Virus record (IMG/VR): IMGVR_UViG_3300005611_000013
Coordinates: 1-64,000 of that record
Source: a virus
Lineage: Duplodnaviria > Caudoviricetes
Strand: one strand, 5' to 3'
Length of the DNA: 64,000 nucleotides
The notes under the pieces: generated by a model
Told to the model about the DNA's origin: nothing
The model's database searches: none
Seen by the model: only the letters and a program-made list of their open reading frames with translations
Program-made: the position numbers and the translations under genes
Shown here: in pieces, positions 59,376-64,000 of the stretch
Numbering within the stretch: position 1 is the stretch's first letter
Layout of the letters: every line of letters starts with the position of its first letter

Positions 59376-59425
59376 GTGTATAATACAGTAGATGTATACA
59401 TTCAGGACTCTATTAGGAGAAAAAC

Positions 59426-60109
59426 ATGGCCGCTTTATCAGATTATTTAGAGTCTGGTCTTCTTAGTCATTTATTTAGGAATACGGCTTTTAGTAGACCA
59501 GCTAATATTGCAATAGCTTTAACTTCAGATGTTCCAAAAGATTCGGACACTGGAGAAACAATTCCAGAGATTCCTTCTGGAGTTTTACAGGGTGTTAATT
59601 TTGTTAGTACTAATTATTCAAGGGTTGAACTTGGCGATCCAGAAAATAGCGGCGATGCTACATGGCAATCCGTTGGTACTGATGATTTAACCGTTTATCA
59701 AGTTTACAGCGAAGAAGTTGATCACAGTGGTTATTTTTATCCACTTTATCTCTTAGAGGCTTCTGGTGCAGCAGCTTCTCCTTCTGAGGTTGCAATAACT
59801 GTTACTTTTTCAAATACTTTTCCCGGTGTAAACTTTTATTCACCATTAGAAACTTACACTAGTGGATCTCAGACAACCGGTGGATACACAGAATATGAGG
59901 GAAATGGTTTCATTAAAAATAAAAACGAAATCGTTTTCAATACAGCTTTAACTGATTGGGGATGGGTTTCTGGAATTGCCATTGTTGATAATTCAGAACA
60001 TGGTAGTGGTAATCTTTTAATGTATGCTCAACTACAGAATCCAAGAAACGTATACATTGGTGATAGTATAAAATTTAACAGCAATTCACTAGAAATTAGC
60101 CTCAAATAA
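59426..60109 (+). CDS. Virion/tail-associated protein
   Basis: MAALSDYLE..LL.H.FRN start and G..GN.LMY..L...R....GD end, typical of tail proteins. Confidence 0.6.
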   Translation: MAALSDYLESGLLSHLFRNTAFSRPANIAIALTSDVPKDSDTGETIPEIPSGVLQGVNFVSTNYSRVELGDPENSGDATWQSVGTDDLTVYQVYSEEVDHSGYFYPLYLLEASGAAASPSEVAITVTFSNTFPGVNFYSPLETYTSGSQTTGGYTEYEGNGFIKNKNEIVFNTALTDWGWVSGIAIVDNSEHGSGNLLMYAQLQNPRNVYIGDSIKFNSNSLEISLK

Positions 60110-60121
60110 GAAAGCTGATAA

Positions 60122-63100
60122 ATGATTATTAGTAAGCAACAGCTTGTAAGTAATATCCTTACGGAACTATCGGACAATTCAACTGGCTCAATATCACCAT
60201 ATGATATAAGACACAATCTTATAGACATTGTTGATTCTGTCCATCTCTTGTTAGTAGATAAGGATTTAAGCACTAATAATTTTGCGAGTTTAGATACTAG
60301 AGTAACTAAAGCTGGAAAAGAAACACTTAAAAATTACTTCGTAACAAATAGTATTAATGAAGACAATTCTGCCTTTGGCTATTCAGCACTCAGAAATAAT
60401 TTTCAAGGTGTAAAAAATACTGCGATTGGCTCAAGTGCTTTGAGTTGCAATGTTTATGGTAGTGATAACATCGCGGTTGGATACAAAGCTGTTGAGGCTA
60501 ATACCACTGGTTATGGTAATATCGGTGTTGGAAATTATACATTAGAAACTAATAAGTTTGGTCACTACAATGTAGCCATAGGTAATGCCGCTGGTTATTA
60601 CATCGGAAGAAATGAAAGCTACAAACTATACATAGCTGCACATCCGGTTGACAATACGTACATATGTGATAACCCGCTTGGTTCAGGCTTGACCCCGTTA
60701 GTTCATGGTGACTTATCTGGATTAAAATTTGGAATAGCTGTTAATGACTTACATGGAGACGGAACGTTACAAGTTAGCGGTGCTATAACTCCTTCTGAAA
60801 ATTCTAAATATAATCTCGGTTCACCTTCTTATCAATTTAATAGGGGTTATTTTTCAAGCGGAATTACCCTTCCAAGTGGAACTGTGGATTTCTCCTACGC
60901 CCTATCTGGCATTGCCGTAAGCGGAGACGTTGTTCCGCTACTCAATAACTACAATAATTTGGGCACCCATGAAAATAGATGGTCTATTGGTTACTTTGAT
61001 AAAGTTATTTCAAATGTCTATGAGACTGTTTCAACATGTGCTTATGAATGTAAAACACTACACCTGGGTTCTAGTGGGGTTTGTGAAGTTGACTCTCCTT
61101 GCGGTTATCTTTCTGATCAACAGTTAGAAGATGCTGGATTTTTAATACAATCAAGTGGTGCGAATAATAGCTATAGAAGAAATTACTATTTCCAATTTAA
61201 ACCACAGAATAATACATTAACATGCCTAGAAGAAGATAATGTATACTCAAGATCATCTTGGAATACAAATATAAGTATCCATATTAGCGGTGGATCACAT
61301 TTGCAGACAGATAGAGTTATTGGTAGTGGCGGTTTATCTTTAGTAACGCAGCCAGACTGTTTAGGTATCTTTATAAGAGATGATAATAATGGCGAAAAAG
61401 TATACATAGCAAAAGAACCTGGAGCAAATCATTCATGCGCTGGCGTCGGAAATGTAAACTTTTTATACGGTTCAGTAAATGATGCTTCCGCTTTAGGAAA
61501 TTACACTATCACATATGGTGCATATCAGCCAGGGGTTGACATTGCTCAAAGATTTCTAACAAATACGAGAGTAAATCAAATAGATAGTGAAACTGGATTA
61601 TCAAAGCTTAGTGGTTTTGAGATTAAGTGCTTTGATGATTCCGATATATCTTATGAGGGGCCACTATCAGATAGATTTACAATAAATTCTTTTGATGCAA
61701 CATCCGAGCCAGTTCATAGCTTAGTAATGCTAAAGGGCGGCGATTCTGACGGTGTTTTAGGTATAAATGATTTTGGAAATGTAAGTCATTTGATGTTACC
61801 AAGCACCACGCTAAACATTAGAAGTAATAGAGACTCAATTATAAGATCCACTGCGGAAAGTGATGGATACTATAAATCATCCCTACAACTATTAGGGCAC
61901 GACAACTGTTTAAATAGTGGCATTGAAATATCATACTACAATAACAGTGGCATAGCTGATATTAGTATGTATAAAGATTCTGGTCAAAATATTTTCATCA
62001 GAATGGACGAAGACGGCAAGATTGGTTTTTTTGCTGTAAGCGGCCAAATGAATGACATGATTACAATTGGTGGCTCTGGCTATGATCAGGCAGTTGTAAG
62101 TATAAAAGAGACTACTGGCAATGTATCATCAACCGAACAGTATGGAAAGATATTTACTAAAGAATATTTCATAGCAGATACACAGTCATCAACCATGCAC
62201 TTCGTTGACTCAAGTGGCAATCTATTCAACCTTGTAGAAAATAAGTATGATAGCACTGGCGGCTCTGTTTACGTTGATGAAAATAGAAATACATTAATTG
62301 GCATAGATAGTAATACCAATAGGACTTGGTTAGATGATTTTGGTGCTTTTGACAATACGGCTTATGGGTATGCGGCACTTAGCGAACTAGCCTCTGGTGA
62401 TAGAAACACTGCCATAGGTTCTTTTGCTGCACAAACTTTGATAAGCGGCGTTTCAAATATCGCCATTGGATATAAGGCGATGAGATTTTGCGATGCGGGT
62501 GTATCTGGTAATATAATTATTGGAAACGATTCTCTTGGGGAAAACATTGAAACTGATAACACTTTCTTAATAGGTAATGGGTCTTATCCTCTACTAAGTG
62601 GTGATTTATCTTCAAATAACAGGCATTTATTTTTACCAAATGGCAAAATGTCTATTGAAAATAGTGATATAACAGAAAGCCTTGTGTTACAAAATAACGT
62701 AATAGAAGTTGTTGACAACGGTGGTGATGATTATCCGCAAAATCAGTTAACATTTAAGTTTACTGGTAATAATACGGCTGATCTATTTGTTCTAAAGCAT
62801 TCTGGAGTTCCACTAGGCAATACTCCAACATACGAATTTGCTGACAGTGGTATTCCATATGCAGAGCTTAAAGGTGATTTAAGACTCCAAAACGCAATAA
62901 GGTTTAGTGACAATACGTCACTTAGTAGCTTTAAGGAAATAGCTTTTGCGAGCGGTTTAGCAATACAAAACTCAAATGCATTAAGCTCCTTAGTAATAGA
63001 GGGCATAGCGCAACAAAATATTTCAATAGGAAGTTTTAATACTGCCTCTAGTGGTATTATTAGAACAAGGGGCGGATCAGACGTATATGTTTACAATAGA

Positions 63101-63217
63101 GATCAATTCCTACAAATTAACGCAAACGATTTTGTAATAGCCATTAAAATTGATCAAGAATATAGGCCACTTTGGGTCAGCAGTGAATCCACGGCTTGCC
63201 AATGTTGCAATACTTGA
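60122..63217 (+). CDS. Tail fibre/adhesin-like protein
   Basis: 1031 aa; repeated N.A.G..AL..N..G..N.A.G motifs. Confidence 0.65.
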   Translation: MIISKQQLVSNILTELSDNSTGSISPYDIRHNLIDIVDSVHLLLVDKDLSTNNFASLDTRVTKAGKETLKNYFVTNSINEDNSAFGYSALRNNFQGVKNTAIGSSALSCNVYGSDNIAVGYKAVEANTTGYGNIGVGNYTLETNKFGHYNVAIGNAAGYYIGRNESYKLYIAAHPVDNTYICDNPLGSGLTPLVHGDLSGLKFGIAVNDLHGDGTLQVSGAITPSENSKYNLGSPSYQFNRGYFSSGITLPSGTVDFSYALSGIAVSGDVVPLLNNYNNLGTHENRWSIGYFDKVISNVYETVSTCAYECKTLHLGSSGVCEVDSPCGYLSDQQLEDAGFLIQSSGANNSYRRNYYFQFKPQNNTLTCLEEDNVYSRSSWNTNISIHISGGSHLQTDRVIGSGGLSLVTQPDCLGIFIRDDNNGEKVYIAKEPGANHSCAGVGNVNFLYGSVNDASALGNYTITYGAYQPGVDIAQRFLTNTRVNQIDSETGLSKLSGFEIKCFDDSDISYEGPLSDRFTINSFDATSEPVHSLVMLKGGDSDGVLGINDFGNVSHLMLPSTTLNIRSNRDSIIRSTAESDGYYKSSLQLLGHDNCLNSGIEISYYNNSGIADISMYKDSGQNIFIRMDEDGKIGFFAVSGQMNDMITIGGSGYDQAVVSIKETTGNVSSTEQYGKIFTKEYFIADTQSSTMHFVDSSGNLFNLVENKYDSTGGSVYVDENRNTLIGIDSNTNRTWLDDFGAFDNTAYGYAALSELASGDRNTAIGSFAAQTLISGVSNIAIGYKAMRFCDAGVSGNIIIGNDSLGENIETDNTFLIGNGSYPLLSGDLSSNNRHLFLPNGKMSIENSDITESLVLQNNVIEVVDNGGDDYPQNQLTFKFTGNNTADLFVLKHSGVPLGNTPTYEFADSGIPYAELKGDLRLQNAIRFSDNTSLSSFKEIAFASGLAIQNSNALSSLVIEGIAQQNISIGSFNTASSGIIRTRGGSDVYVYNRDQFLQINANDFVIAIKIDQEYRPLWVSSESTACQCCNT

Positions 63218-63227
63218 GGAATTCAAA

Positions 63228-64000
63228 ATGGGAAGACCTAAAAGGTGTGCCAAACGACCACCGCCCTATATTTCTTATTCGGAACCGATTACTTTAACAA
63301 CTACCACCACACCTTCTCCATTAGACGATCCGTCTACCTATATAATAATCCCAGAAAGTGGCGTTCCTTGCCCAAGAGAAGATGACCCATGTCCATGTGG
63401 TAATGTTTATATACCAAAGGGTAGTGGAACAAATTATATAGTTGTTGACAATGACTATGGCAGTTGGGGCACTTATGATGAGCCCACACTCGTTGCCACG
63501 TTAAATCTATCTACCATTGATAATTATTTTCACACTAGTGATGTTTTCATTGATTCCGGCCAGCTATTTAGAACAATTGGGATAAAGACAGGCAGTGCTG
63601 ATTTTTATCTAGATAAGTTTGATCTTGAAATATTGTCAAACTTAAATAACACGGGTGATGACTACGAAGATATCCCATTCGTGATTAATAACAGGATAAA
63701 AGTTTCATTAAGAATAAAAGAGACTAATGAAGTTATTGCTGTTAAATACATTGGGTCAAATGGTTCGCAAACCATAATTAGCAACATTATACTTGAAGGC
63801 TGTGACTTTGTTAGAAAAGCAAATTTGTTAGATAAAACTTTGTTACTAGAAATATATAGTGTTTGTGATTTTGAAACTCAAAAATGTTTACCAAATGCTA
63901 GTTTGACCACGGTAACAACGACTACTACAACAACAACTACAACGGAGGGGCCAGGAACTACAACAACCACAAGCACAACTGGACAACCAGGAACCACAAC
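63228..64000 (+). CDS. Partial virion-type protein with Thr-rich repeats (runs off the right edge)
   Basis: ATG 63228; ends in TTTTTTTTEGPGTTTTTSTTGQPGTT. Confidence 0.6.
   Translation, partial: MGRPKRCAKRPPPYISYSEPITLTTTTTPSPLDDPSTYIIIPESGVPCPREDDPCPCGNVYIPKGSGTNYIVVDNDYGSWGTYDEPTLVATLNLSTIDNYFHTSDVFIDSGQLFRTIGIKTGSADFYLDKFDLEILSNLNNTGDDYEDIPFVINNRIKVSLRIKETNEVIAVKYIGSNGSQTIISNIILEGCDFVRKANLLDKTLLLEIYSVCDFETQKCLPNASLTTVTTTTTTTTTTEGPGTTTTTSTTGQPGTT

Noticed and set aside
52757-63006. Minus-strand ORFs inside the structural genes
   Set aside because: Antisense shadows of highly biased coding sequence
1-64000. Prophage or integrated element
   Set aside because: No integrase, att repeats, repressor or host housekeeping genes; the content fits a free large phage genome

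Overview
This 64-kb window is a segment of a large, AT-rich tailed-phage genome. No integrase or att site is visible. A planctomycete-like host is an inference from the sigma54 sites, a tRNA-Ile(UAU) and small Cys-rich secreted proteins. Bases 1-33 kb are almost all minus strand. They carry a putative lysis/envelope cluster, a sigma-like factor, ssb, two deaminases, rIIA/rIIB, a methyltransferase/nuclease pair, a tmRNA and tRNAs. They also carry guaC fractured by a split intein with an endonuclease gene between the halves, thyX with an HNH intein, and a tRNA-Leu(UAA) with a group I intron. Bases 33-46.5 kb form an early-type array of short leftward genes with about 20 sigma70 promoters and a highly ordered set of non-coding elements. 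(A) 17 palindromes CGTAAGT-N15-(A/G)(C/T)TTACG: 8 doublets at exactly 53 bp start-to-start plus one single, many containing IHF-consensus sites. (B) 15 sigma54 (-24/-12) boxes in alternating-orientation clusters, whose last box sits at a fixed 13-nt offset from an A palindrome in five units. (C) A phased triplet of TGTAGCATTTTGCAACA enhancer-like sites. (D) Many LexA-like G(A/T)AC-N4-GT(T/A)C boxes, whose TGA often doubles as the stop codon of the preceding gene. Transcription switches strand at about 46.55-46.7 kb. The plus-strand arm encodes a second sigma-like factor, gmd, HNH, ERCC4 nuclease, ClpP, terminase, portal, protease/scaffold, decoration protein, major capsid and tail-type proteins. 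The best candidate for an undescribed system is the multi-layer regulatory/cassette array at 33-46.5 kb. All product calls come from motif recognition by eye; no database search was run.
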